A stretch of 21,916 nt of DNA from Octopus sinensis (GCF_006345805.1 NW_021823626.1:1-21916); one strand, 5' to 3'. Counted from the first letter of the stretch, positions 1 to 10,810 are shown. Numbers and translations are program-made. Notes: a model not told the origin generated them from the sequence alone.

Positions 1-197
1 CAGACCCCAACAGTTTAACCTGTCTTTTCACTTTAGCGCCCTACAAACTGTTGGTGGTATGAGTCTGCCTCTCCATCTGCCGAGTTGCAGGCCCACCGAC
101 TTCTCTTGGATAAGCTTTGCTCCTATCAACACTTCGTGGACAGTATTATGATGACGTGGTCTGTGTTAGTGGATACGAACATTCCACATCCTAAGAC
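1..197 (-). mobile_element. Tx1/L1-clade LINE fragment, lineage A, copy 1 (runs off the window start)
   Basis: Colinear with 9566-9770 and 15348-15545, which lie in the RT C-terminal region of the longer lineage A copies. Ends at a (TA)n tract like those copies. Confidence 0.8.
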
Positions 198-227
198 ATA
201 TATATATATATATATTTATATATATAT

Positions 228-562
228 GGCATCTGTATTTCTAATTATATAATTTCGATTTGAAAATTTCAGTCAGCAGTTTATGATGATTGGCGGTGGA
301 AGTGGAAGAGTTAAAATGAGAGAGGGGTAGAGGGAGTGATAGAAGAGAGAGAGGGGAAAGAAGAGGAGGAGAGTTGATGTGTACGATTGTTCGTGTGTGT
401 GTGTGTGTGTGTGTGTCTCTGTGTGTGATGTAATATATACATAACCCTGCCTAAGCTTTTCTTTAATATGAAACTGGAGGGAATATCACATTAACGATTG
501 CATTAAATGACATAATTTTTTTACTAAGAAGTGAGTGAAATGTTTAGCCGGAAGAACTTTCC
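228..562. repeat. Unassigned repeated block M (purine-rich segment, (TG)n, AT-rich segment), copy 1
   Basis: Near-identical to 10017-10335 and 15616-15957 (ggcatctgtatttctaattatat...gtggaagagttaaaatgagagag...(TG)n gatg...attaaatgacataattt). Confidence 0.85.
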
Positions 563-603
563 AATAACAATAATAATTATATATAAATAATAAAATAATA
601 ATA

Positions 604-680
<77 letters not shown>

Positions 681-698
681 TTAATTATTATTAATTTA
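563..698. repeat. (AAT)n followed by (TTA)n microsatellite; perfect palindrome 621-680
   Basis: Direct reading; symmetry centre at 650/651. Confidence 0.95.
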
Positions 699-1206
699 GA
701 GAGCAGTGCATGCCATCAAAGTGACACTAGGGTAAAATATACGAAGCCCAGTATACCCATCATGACTACCCGTCTGATAAGGGTACACCAGGCACATGCA
801 TCACAACCATAAGTGCGAAACATGATGATCTCATATCAAGATAAAAAGCACATGACCTTCTATGTGGGGCCTAGTTAGAATTTTCTTCTGGTCGAGTAAC
901 AGATCCTGCTCAAAAGGTCCCTGAGTAAGGGTTGTTTAAGGATTTTGAACGAAACACCCATGTTTCCAGAGGTGAATTATTCAAACCCCAAAGAATCCCT
1001 CTTAACACATTGCTATGATACTCCCCCACTACTTCTGCTTGCGATCAGAGATGCACATATCTTCAGCCACTAAGGGACATGCTCAACTGGCTAACGTCGA
1101 GCAACTGACAAGCAAATCTGTGGTATTGAGCAAATATTTGCTGGAGCCCATCCCTATACCAGACGATGGGCTACTCTTCGTTCAACATCCTTCAACAACC
1201 CTTACT
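699..1206 (-). mobile_element. ~500-bp non-coding interspersed element inside the (TTA)n tract (probable retroposon 3' portion; family not assigned)
   Basis: Flanked by (TTA)n at 651-698 and 1207-1321 and absent at the paralogous locus 15958-16140. Orientation is inferred from (TAA)n tail polarity. Confidence 0.6.
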
Positions 1207-1286
1207 ATTAATATAATTATTATTATTATTATTAATATTATTATTATATTATTATTATATTATTATTATTTAATTTATTATTATTA

Positions 1287-1320
<34 letters not shown>

Positions 1321-1360
1321 TTGCCATAGGGCCGGTATATCGGAGAAGATACAGTAGAAA

Positions 1361-1592
1361 AGGCGGTGAGAGCTGGCAGAATCTTTATAACGTCGGGCGA
1401 AATGCTAAGCGGTATTTCTTCTGCCGTTATCTTCTGAGTTCAAATTTCCCCGAGGTCGACTTTGCCTTCCATCCTTTCGGGGTCGATTAAAGAAGTACCA
1501 GTTACGCACTGTGATCGATATAATTGACTTAATCCGATTGTCTGTCCTTGTTTGTCTTTTCTGTGTTTAGCCCCTTGTGGGTAGTAAAGAAA
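1361..1592 (+). mobile_element. tRNA-derived SINE, family S, copy 1
   Basis: A-box-like TGGCAGAATC 1374-1383, B-box-like GTTCAAATT 1438-1446, central cctttcggggtcgat..aagtaccag segment, ends gtaaagaaa. Three copies in the window. Confidence 0.8.
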
Positions 1593-2650
1593 CAGGACAC
1601 AGTAGACATGGACAGTGGGGATTTAACGCTGAGACAACGAGTACACAGTTAAAAGAATAACAATGATATCCGACCAAAGAATATAACAATGAAAGTTCGT
1701 AATAGGTGCAGGTAATCCCCTGGAGTTGGCTCAGGTATCCCGACCCCAATCCTGAACCACTCGACGATTCGAGGGCATCTGGGAAGAGCACTCTCCTCCC
1801 TCTCAAATTCACTAGCCCAAAGGAGTGTTATTAGAGTAGGTCCACTCACACGTACCATTTTCTCTGTTCATCCACCTTTTGGCAAATGTACTGGGAGGCA
1901 GCACTTCACTCTGCACCCTCATCTTCCTTTCCAAAGGAAATTTGAAAAAGTTGACGAGTGATTGGCCGTAGAGAAAAGTCTCTGCCTTTAGTCCGTTTAA
2001 CCTGGTCCACAATACAGCCTCTTTCGCTACTGCTATTAGACAGAAGTAAATTGCCTGACCTTCCGGACTAATGGAAAGCGGCTGAGCGATCTTCACTACG
2101 GACTCGGCCGATAGATAGAACCACCCTACACTTAATAAAAACTTTTCAAAATAACTCCACAAGTCAGTAATGCAAGGACACTGGACGAGTGCGTGCAGAA
2201 CACTTTCATCGCTCTGCGCATATCTCGGGTAGGTCGGTCAGACAGCAATTCCGTGCTTGTAGAGTTTATCTTGATCCGGCAGTGCCCCCCGATAGCACTG
2301 CAAAGCAAGGGACTTCTAGAAGTTATCCATCGTCCCCGTCTTGAAAGTCCTCCTCAAAAGACTGGTTAGTTCAATTTTGTCAACACCTAGCGTCTCTCCA
2401 AGTGCTTCATCGCACTTTCCCTCCACTAACCCTCCATAGAACTTCAGAGTGGATTTTCCACTGATCGCATTGCCCACCTGGTAGAGGACAGTGAGTGCCT
2501 AGCAACATTCCAGATGCCAGTAACCCTTCCTCGGTCTCTTCTTGACCCACGACTGCAGCTTACTCAAGGAGATGAGATGTTGAAAAGCATGTTTGACAAA
2601 CGATGACCACACCTGTTCACCGTTTACGCAGAATGTTCCGGAAATCGGAA
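1593..2650 (-). mobile_element. Tx1/L1-clade LINE 3' portion, lineage B, copy 1 (decayed ORF2 C-terminus plus 3' UTR)
   Basis: ORF 1812-2162 (LIAVAKEAVLWTRLNGL...GQSLVNFFKFPLERKMRV...KRWMN) is homologous to the lineage C C-terminus at 19474-19911 (LVAMAKECIWWTRPKGL...GQSLINFFKYHMKRKVRV). The 3' UTR probably resumes beyond the SINE to ~1322. Confidence 0.8.
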
Positions 2651-2699
2651 AGCGAAAGCACAAAAACGAAAATGGGAAAAGGGAAAAGTAAAAACAGCA

Positions 2700-3065
2700 T
2701 TTAAGAGTTCTCCTCGTTAGACCTTGAATTATAAGGCTAAAAAGATATCATAATTTTAATCAAGAATAGACGGAATTTTTCAGTTTTTCAAAATATATTT
2801 ATACTTGATAACGACTGAAAATTCCAGACCTAGAGTCCAATAGAGGATTAAGCATCTTAGATCTGAACAGGATATGCACTCTTTCAGCTAAACAAAGCAT
2901 ATATTTATTCGATCCATTCACATAAGTTATGGATTCTCAATTACTTCCCATCCAGTCACATGTGGTGTTTCGTTTTCTTCCAAACTTAGCCACTTTCGTA
3001 GCTTTACTTTTGGCCTATGTCGGAAGGGGATTATGTGATTGGCATAACGACTTTAAAATTCACCT
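2700..3065. repeat. Duplicated non-TE-looking block U, copy 1
   Basis: Colinear and highly similar to 17570-17933. Confidence 0.85.
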
Positions 3066-3477
3066 TAAATAAGCAAAAGATTAAAAGAATAAAAGATGAT
3101 GTGTGTGTGTGTTCATGCATACAAAAATACACCCACATACGCACAGATATGTACATAAGCGCACACACATATAGGCGTATGGATTATTGTTTCGGTAAGT
3201 TGTGTCCACGAGAAAGACACTTCCAGTGCTCTCATCTGAAAAGCACCAGCATTAACCAGGGGTTAACATTGCGACAGACTGGTATCCTGTGTGTTGTATC
3301 CTTGTGTGTTGAAATACGTTCGATACCGAGATATACTGGGGGCCTAATGAGCCTGTAGATCAGGCAGAGAATTTAGCTTAGAAAATACTTTAATGTAGAC
3401 ATTTAGGCATGCGCAGTCAAGTGTTTGTGTAACGTTTATGGAGAAAAAGTCGATATGAATATGACAAAAAAAGAAAC

Positions 3478-3935
3478 ACCGTATTTTCCGGTGTATAAGC
3501 CGCTATTTTTTACCTGGGAAATTTAGTGTGCCGCTTAGAGAAAGGTGCGCCTAATGTGTGTAACTTTTTTTATAGTTCCAGGAGGAAAATAATTTGTGTA
3601 TGGAGATCGAATGATTCCACTGATTTTTTTGGAGGAAAGGTCGGTCGATGAAAGACTATTGCTACAGGACATTTGTGCCTGGTAGAAAACAAAGCACATT
3701 TGTTTTGTTTTACCTTCATGTTTTGATAATGATATTTTTTTATCTAATAAAGAATTTAATATTGACGGAATGTGTTTGTTGCTGATTATAGTAAGATAAA
3801 ATAAAAAAACTCAACAATACATCTCAAAGTTGAAGAATAAAACATTTTGAAAATACATACACATCAACAACAACAAAGCTAGCAGCGGTCACGTGGCTCC
3901 ATAAGTCTTTATAAAACACCGGTAGGCTTTATGTG
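3478..3935. mobile_element. Possible degenerate Tc1/mariner-superfamily (pogo/Tc2-like) MITE
   Basis: Left end accgtattttccggtgtataagccgc (3478-3503) resembles TACCGTATTT-type TIRs from recall. The putative right end (ttataaaacaccggtaggcttta, ~3909-3931) is poorly conserved. Confidence 0.35.
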
Positions 3936-4186
3936 TGGATAAAAACCAAACTTTTCCCCACAATCCCAAGCTAACCTTCACAATACAATAATACAAACCT
4001 TAATAAGCCACATCATTGTATAATACTAATCTTAAGCCAACATTCTACAACCCTGTCTACGAGACGACAAATATTAGTTCCATTACAACCTCTCAATCCG
4101 ATACTAATATAAATCATAATTTAGATTCTCCCCACTAACAACAAACCAACCAACATCAACATTACTAATAGTAAACCCCAACCACT

Positions 4187-4580
4187 TGCAACTGTCGCGC
4201 TTCTGAAATATATGGTATGCAGACACCTGTGTCCTCAAAAGCGTAATCTATAAGTGCCACGTGATTACCACATGCACCCACCAGGCAAGGGTGTATATTT
4301 ATGGCACTGAGGATTTTCAATGTCGTTGTCGTGCTCATATGTATTCTTTCACTAATCCCAAATCTAAACTATTTCAATCTTTAGCAACACACATATACAA
4401 CCTCAATTCAAAACAATGTCCAATACGCTCTATCGTGGTCCATAGTATGTGAAGCTTTCCTATACAACACAAATATAGGTAAATGTATGTTATGTATAAA
4501 AGGGTCATTAACTATTCTTCGCCTCCACAAATCCTCACTGTTAAATTCTCTGACGTTATTTTTTATCGTAAGCATAAATA
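4187..4580 (+). mobile_element. Decayed Penelope-like element GIY-YIG endonuclease domain
   Basis: Frameshifted translation CNCR (4187-4198) / TCVLKSVIYKCHVITT...RVYIYGTEDFQCRCRAHMYSFTNPK...LATHIYNL / SIVCEAFLYNTNIGKCMLC...LLNS. It matches the PLE layout: Cys motif, (G/V)IY, YIG-T, RxxxH-SF, CxLC, LLN. Confidence 0.75.
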
Positions 4581-4684
4581 CTGCCCGACATTCATGCACT
4601 TCCCTAATTCAAAATAATCAAAGCTGTAATGTAAAACAAGTGTCAACCTGACAATCGACAAGTGAACACATTCCAAATAGCTAA

Positions 4685-4717
4685 TATGTGTGTGTGTGTG
4701 TTATGTATACATATATG

Positions 4718-4784
<67 letters not shown>

Positions 4785-4800
4785 GAGAGAGAGAGAGGAG
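4685..4800. repeat. Compound (TG)n/(TA)n/(GA)n microsatellite
   Basis: Direct reading. Confidence 0.95.
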
Positions 4801-5820
4801 AGATAAGCATATGCAATACGTATGAAATATCCAAAATTGCATTTACAAATACATAATATATACATACAAGCTCTTACATACATACATGCAAACACACACA
4901 CATATACGCACAATATATATACATATAAACTCCTACATTAATACACAGTATTAAAAACATTAAATAGTCAGCATATATATATAGATACCTACAGAAATAT
5001 AAATATATATAACACGCATCCCAAATTTATTCCAAGTATTATGATCAATCGATTTTTCATCCTCCTCTCAGCCTCATAAATCTCTCCAACACACATCACA
5101 AATTTCTTCAAATTTTTGCTTTTCAACCGTCTCTACTCTCATTTGACCCTTCTCGGCTTCAAACAATAATTAACAAAAGTCAAATACTAAGAAAAATACC
5201 GACCCGATTTTTTGTACTACTAACATTCTTAACCACTCCCTCGGACCTGAAATGTGTTCTTAAAAAAGTGTACAAGCTAGAAGGGGATACTCCCTAAACA
5301 TTCAGATGAATTACTTAATTATTCACATCGTTTACAATTAATCATACGTTATCTTCTAGCTTTGAGATTTTGATTATGTGATTGCTTACTTTTAGAATAA
5401 CTTTGCATGGTGATTGTGAAAGGGCTGATCTGTTCAGTTTCCACAGAAAACAGGAAGAATATTTGGGCCCAACGTGGCCAGTGCCAATGCTAATGGGTTA
5501 ACTGAAAATTACTGAAGTAAAAATAAAAGCATAAAAAAACATTTTAGGTAATTTGGGGACACAAATTTATGAGGTCTTAAGGGTGGAGAACCTTTTTATC
5601 CCATCCTTAATGCCGTTGAGGAGACTGGACAATGGCCAATAGAAGGCCGATATAATATAATGAAAATCGTAACTTACCAATAAAGTGCTGTTAGTCTCTG
5701 TTCGTAAGAGGTAGTGAATGTTTATATATATCTATATATATATATATGTGCGCATATATATATATATTGCGTCATTTGTTTATTTACCATACATTTTTTC
5801 ATTGAAGTAGCACACAATTA

Positions 5821-5885
<65 letters not shown>

Positions 5886-5889
5886 ATAG

Positions 5890-6043
5890 ATTGGCGTCTT
5901 TATTTCTCATTATATGAATCCGATATGAAAAGTTTGCGTCAGCAGTCAAATATGGGCGTTGATAGTGGAAGAGTGTAAATGAGAGAGGGGAAAGAAAGTG
6001 ATAGAAAGAGAGAGAGAGGGAGGGAGAAAGAAGAAAAAGAGGG

Positions 6044-6078
<35 letters not shown>

Positions 6079-6110
6079 TGTGATGCTATTAGCTACATAA
6101 CCATGTACTA
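5890..6110. repeat. Diverged copy of block M
   Basis: ggcgtctttatttctcattatat...gtcagcagt...agtggaagag..aatgagagagggg...(TG)n gatgctattagctacataacc aligns with 228-445. Confidence 0.7.
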
Positions 6111-6650
6111 AGGATTTGGTGAGATTGATACATTTTAATTCCCTTCACTTACTCAGTATACCGTCCTTCTTCCCCGACATTAGCATTCCAGCAGAAATGG
6201 AGAAATGAAAATTATGTCACTGTCTGGTGTTGCATGTGTGTATGTATGTGTGTGTGTGTATATGCGTCACTGCATGAGACTGTTTACATCCGCGTAACTG
6301 AAATTAACTTGAAATAATCTAAGTACTATTTTACAAATTGTGATATCTGTGTGTGTGTGTGTGTGTGTATATATGTATATATATATATATATATAAACAC
6401 GCACACACAGTTATCAGAATTATATAAACGTATATATTCATGTATTTGTATATATATATATATATATATATAAGTAGGTGAATGAATTATTCTAGCATGG
6501 AAAATTCGTTTAACCGATACCTGGGTAGCAAATTCACGTCGGAAAACACAGTTGAAGTGACCTGTCAAGGGTAGAAACTCCGGGTTCTTTTGTGCAAATT
6601 TGTGTTATTTATATGAATAAATGAAAGAATGGAGTCGAATGAGGTTTTTA

Positions 6651-6733
6651 CTCTCGACACATGTTTCGAAGACGGCATAATTTTAATTCCGAAGGAATAA
6701 ATGGTGCATTATGCCATCTTCTCATCAGGAAAG
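6651..6733 (-). ncRNA. Minimal type I hammerhead ribozyme (Penelope-like-element type)
   Basis: Minus strand: CUUUC-CUGAUGA-[14-bp stem II, 6721-6708 with 6681-6668, one G.U]-GAAA-C-AUGU-G-UC^GAGAG. All core nucleotides are present, stem I has 5 bp, and the stem III region carries the palindrome ACAUGU. Confidence 0.85.
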
Positions 6734-7099
6734 ATTAAGAGCCTCTTTCAGCCACAAGACGAACAAAATTTTTGATGATTGCCTACATGGTGACCACAGT
6801 GACAATGAGTGTTTTTTTTAAAATAATCCGTTATAAGCAATGACTTCAGAAATGGGTAGAAGGAGGGAGTAGTAAAAATAGGTAGGGGACAATATGTATG
6901 CTGTATGTATGATGATGTGCGGGTGTGTGCTTGTGTTAATGATTCTGAGTGATTGTGTATGTGTATGAGTGTGTATATAACTGCATTTGTGTCTGTGTGT
7001 GTATGTGTTATTGTGTGTGTGAGGTAGACAAACGTGAAATACACTTAGTAGTAAGGTGTTAAATTTGTGTCTGTGTGTTTGATCGTGCGTGTTATAGAG

Positions 7100-7136
<37 letters not shown>

Positions 7137-7777
7137 CGTCAAAGAAATTTAGTAGCTATGGAACATAAAATCGTTTAAAGGCGACATTAACCGGAAATTA
7201 TTAAAATATTGTTATACGATCAGACGATAGATTTTTCATCTGTTAGAATCATCTCACTTTTGCTCGATAACTATTGATCATCGATCTCTTCCCAAATACA
7301 ACGTCTAAAGTCAACATTAAAATGAAGTACATTTCTAAATTCTTTGTTAGACCCTCCAGTGTTCACATTGTCATCCACCATTCTCTTCCTGAAGAATCTC
7401 TGAAGCTTAAGCTGGATGTGCTAGAAATAGCAGCCAAATATTTCCTCTGAGCAGACGATAGATTCATTTAACGATAGTGTCACTTCAGAAAATCAAGTTA
7501 TCAATAACGATAATGATTTAAATGGTATATATAATGATTGACATGGAAGCAAACGATACAAATTCATTTAACAATAGTTCGTTTCAGAAAATTACGTTTG
7601 TGAAATAAAGTATATGATAGAGAAATTATAACAATTCTGAAGAGGAATTAAAGGTTTTAGCAGCTTTAAAGTTATGGGAAAAGAATTTTCGTTATCAAAG
7701 TAACAATATTTTATACGAAAGAAGGATGACAGGCGAGGATTTTGTGGTGTGAAGGGTCTTCAAGTGTATACGTCCTG

Positions 7778-7818
<41 letters not shown>

Positions 7819-7910
7819 TGTGTGTGTGTGTGTTTGTGCCTGTGTGTGTGTTATGCACTGAGATATATAACGATTATAATAATGGACACAATTATATTCC
7901 AAACTTCTAT

Positions 7911-8310
7911 AGGCGCGGTAGTGGCTGTGTGGTAAGTAGCTTGCTTACCAACCACATTGTTCCGGGTTCAGTCCCACTGCGTGGCACTTTGGGTCTTCTA
8001 CTATAGCCTCGGGCCGATTAAAGATTTGTGAGTGGATTTAGTAGACGGAAACTGAAAGAAGCCCGTTGTATATATGCATATATATATTTCTATGTGTGTG
8101 TTTGTGTGCCAGTGTTTGTCCCCCCCCCAACATCGCTTGACAACCGATGCTGGTGTGATTATGTCCCTGTAAGTTAGCGGTTCGGCAAAAGAGACCGATA
8201 GAAGAAGTACTAGGCTTACATGAATAAGTCCTTGGGTCGATTTACTCGACAAAAGGCGGTGCTCCATCACGGCCACATTCAAATCACTGAAACAAGTAAA
8301 AGAGTAAAAA
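7911..8310 (+). mobile_element. tRNA-derived SINE, family A, apparently full length
   Basis: A-box TGGCTGTGTGG 7922-7932, B-box GGTTCAGTCC 7965-7974, internal (TA)/(TG) tract, tail gaaacaagtaaaaga. Its 3' part recurs at 9849-9990, 13910-14075 and, inverted, at ~20815-20892. Confidence 0.85.
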
Positions 8311-8324
8311 AGAGAGAGAGAGAG

Positions 8325-8735
8325 CTCATCTGTACCCAAACATTCAATAGTTTGATGTCCTATTTTCATAGGAGTGAGGGGAAGAGGGAGAGGAAAACAT
8401 GTAGGGGCCTCTAAACTGTTTAACGTATTTGTATCTGAGAAAGTCTCCAGTATTCTTGATGCCTTCTGCAAAAAGTGAAAGATAAAAAAGGAAATTGAAA
8501 TAAAAGCTAATTGCCTTCCAGTATCTGTGTGTGTGTCTGTGTGCGTGTGTGTGTGTGTCTGTGTGTGTTTGTGTGTGATGCAATGAGATACATAACCATA
8601 TCTATGAGTTTCTTTAATATAAAACTGAAGTGAATATTTATGATAATATTAAATGATAATATTAAATGACATAATTTCATTGTGAAGGAGGTGTAATCTT
8701 TAATGTTTTCCGTCTCGTCCACCACACTACTTGTT
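8325..8735. repeat. Block M2 (shares the (TG)n-gatgcaatgagatacataacc...attaaatgacataattt part with block M), copy 1
   Basis: Colinear with 14095-14505 and partly with 18157-18320. Confidence 0.85.
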
Positions 8736-8737
8736 TA

Positions 8738-9770
8738 GCCACCGGGCAGAAGAAACTGCTTTTCCTTCCCGGCCTAAAGAAGGTTGCGGGGCGATCTTTA
8801 CAATGAACTCGGCTCGTAAACTGGATGGACGAGTGCATGCAGGACTATTTCATCGCCCTGCGCACACCCCCGACATATCCGTCCGACAACACTTTCGTAT
8901 CTGCAGAGCTTGTCTTGAATCGGCAGAGCTCCGCGGTAGCACTGCTAGGCCAGGGATTTCTGGAAGTTAAGGACCAGTTAGTTGATTCCCTCCACCAACG
9001 CCCAGAATTTACCCCGATTTCGTCGTTGTTCTTTCCCCTCTACTAATCCCCTATAGAAATCCAAGGTGGAACTATCAACGCCCGCGTTGCCCGACAGGCA
9101 GAAAGCTGTGAGAGCTTGCCGACACTCCAGGTGCCAAGCGACCTTTCTTGGCCAACGCTTGACTCAGTACTGTAGCTTCTTCAGTGAGACGAGCCGCAGA
9201 ATGTCCCGTTTGACAAACAGTCAATCCCCTATTCTCACCGCTAAAGAAACGCAGTCTCAGCGCATGTCTGCGAATCATTAGCAACGGCATGTCCAGTACT
9301 CCACTGAGAGGTTGTTGACAGAAGATGGACCGTCTGATGAGCGGAACACGTCCCTTCTTTAGAAAGAGGAATAACAAACGCTCTAACTTTATCGGGCATG
9401 GGACTACATTCAGGCAGTCATAGATGACAGAAGCGATGTACGCATTCGCCACCTCGACTCGACCCTTCACGAACAGCTTCCTCTCTGCCAACTTCTGGGT
9501 GAGATCGACTATCCTGTTCGTCACCTTCCACCCGTTGTTGTCCACCCCGAGGTCAAGAGCAAACCAGACCCCAAGCAGTTTAACCTGTCTTTCCGTCTAG
9601 CGCCCTACAAACTGTCGGTTGGTATGGGTCTGCCTCTCCACCTGCCGATTTGCAGGCCCACCGACTTCTCTTGGACAAGCTTTGCTCCTATCAACGCTTC
9701 GTGGACAGTATTATGATGACACAGTCCGTGTTAGCTGATACGAACATTCCACATCCTAAGACACACATAT
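8738..9770 (-). mobile_element. Tx1/L1-clade LINE internal fragment, lineage A, copy 2 (RT C-terminus/thumb to zf-RVT region)
   Basis: GAKLVQEKSVGLQIGRW, KLLGVWF and ORF 9075-9545 RKLFVKGRVEVANAYIASVIY...KLERLLFLFL..GRVPLIRR...MPLL. These are typical L1/Tx1 post-RT motifs (K.SL.GR, GL.MP). Confidence 0.85.
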
Positions 9771-9848
9771 ATACATATATATATATGTATGTATATATAT
9801 ATATATATATATATATTATACATATATAATATATATATATATTTATAT

Positions 9849-9990
9849 TTAGCGGTTCGGCAAAATGGACCGATAGAATAATACTGTGGACTGGCTTACA
9901 AATAATAAGTCCCGGGGTCGATTTGCTCCACTAAAGGCGGTGCTCCAGCATGGCCGCAATCAAATGACTGAAACAAGTAAAATAGTTAAA
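9849..9990 (+). mobile_element. 5'-truncated family A SINE inside a (TA)n tract
   Basis: Matches 8175-8310. Absent at the paralogous (TA)n tracts 198-227 and 15546-15615. Confidence 0.8.
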
Positions 9991-10016
9991 GTGTTTTTTT
10001 TATATATATATATATA

Positions 10017-10335
10017 TGGCATCTGTATTTCTAATTATATTATTTCGGTTTGAAAAGTTTCAGTCAGCAGATTATGATGATTGGCGGTGGAAGTGGAAGA
10101 GTTAAAATGAGAGAGTGGGGAGAGGGAGTGATAGAAGAGAGAGAGGGGAAAGAAGAAGAGGAGAGTTGATGTGTACGATTTTGAGTGTGCGTGTGTGTGT
10201 CTGTGTGTATGATGCAATTAGATACACAACCCTGCCTAAGCTAATATGAAACTGAAGGGAATATCACATTAACGATTGCATTAAATGACATAATTTTATT
10301 GTAAAGAAGTGAGTGAAAAGTTTAGCCGGAAAAAA
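10017..10335. repeat. Block M, copy 2
   Basis: Colinear with 228-562. Confidence 0.85.
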
Positions 10336-10337
10336 TT

Positions 10338-10351
10338 CCAATAATAATAAT

Positions 10352-10387
<36 letters not shown>

Positions 10388-10388
10388 G

Positions 10389-10436
<48 letters not shown>

Positions 10437-10514
10437 TAATAATTAATAATAATTATAATATAATAATAAATAGTAATAATAATAATAATACTATTAATAT
10501 ATAATAATAATAAT

Positions 10515-10557
<43 letters not shown>

Positions 10558-10810
10558 TATATTAATAATAAATGATAATGATTATAATACATATAATAAT
10601 AATAATATAATATCTACTTCAAAGGAAGGAAAACTGATCCAGATAGCGGCAAACACGAGCAAAACAAAAAACTGTTCTCAGTATTTAAGGAAGCTGACAA
10701 ATACAAACAAACAGAAATCATACCACCTAATAAACATGAAGAAGAAGAAGATGAAGAAACAACAATAGCTATAAAACAAATGAAATCCAAACTAAATAGA
10801 ACAACTAAAA

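Noticed and set aside
3017-3358. 113-aa plus-strand ORF
   Set aside because: It crosses a (TG)n tract, is not preserved in the block U paralog beyond 17933 and has no recognisable motif.
6147-6186. Minus-strand GTAAGT donor with upstream ATG (MLMSGKKDGIL)
   Set aside because: A single 6-mer is expected by chance, and splicing it to the block U acceptor gives a stop after three codons.
7389-7430. CTGAAGA ... GAAA on the plus strand
   Set aside because: No closing pair for stem II and no stem I/III pairing.
7911-7985. tRNA gene
   Set aside because: A and B boxes are present but there is no complete cloverleaf, and the sequence continues as a SINE body.
9334-9350. CTGATGA followed by GCGGAAC
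   Set aside because: No stem II or GAAA; it lies inside Tx1 coding sequence and the paralog reads CTGATGC.
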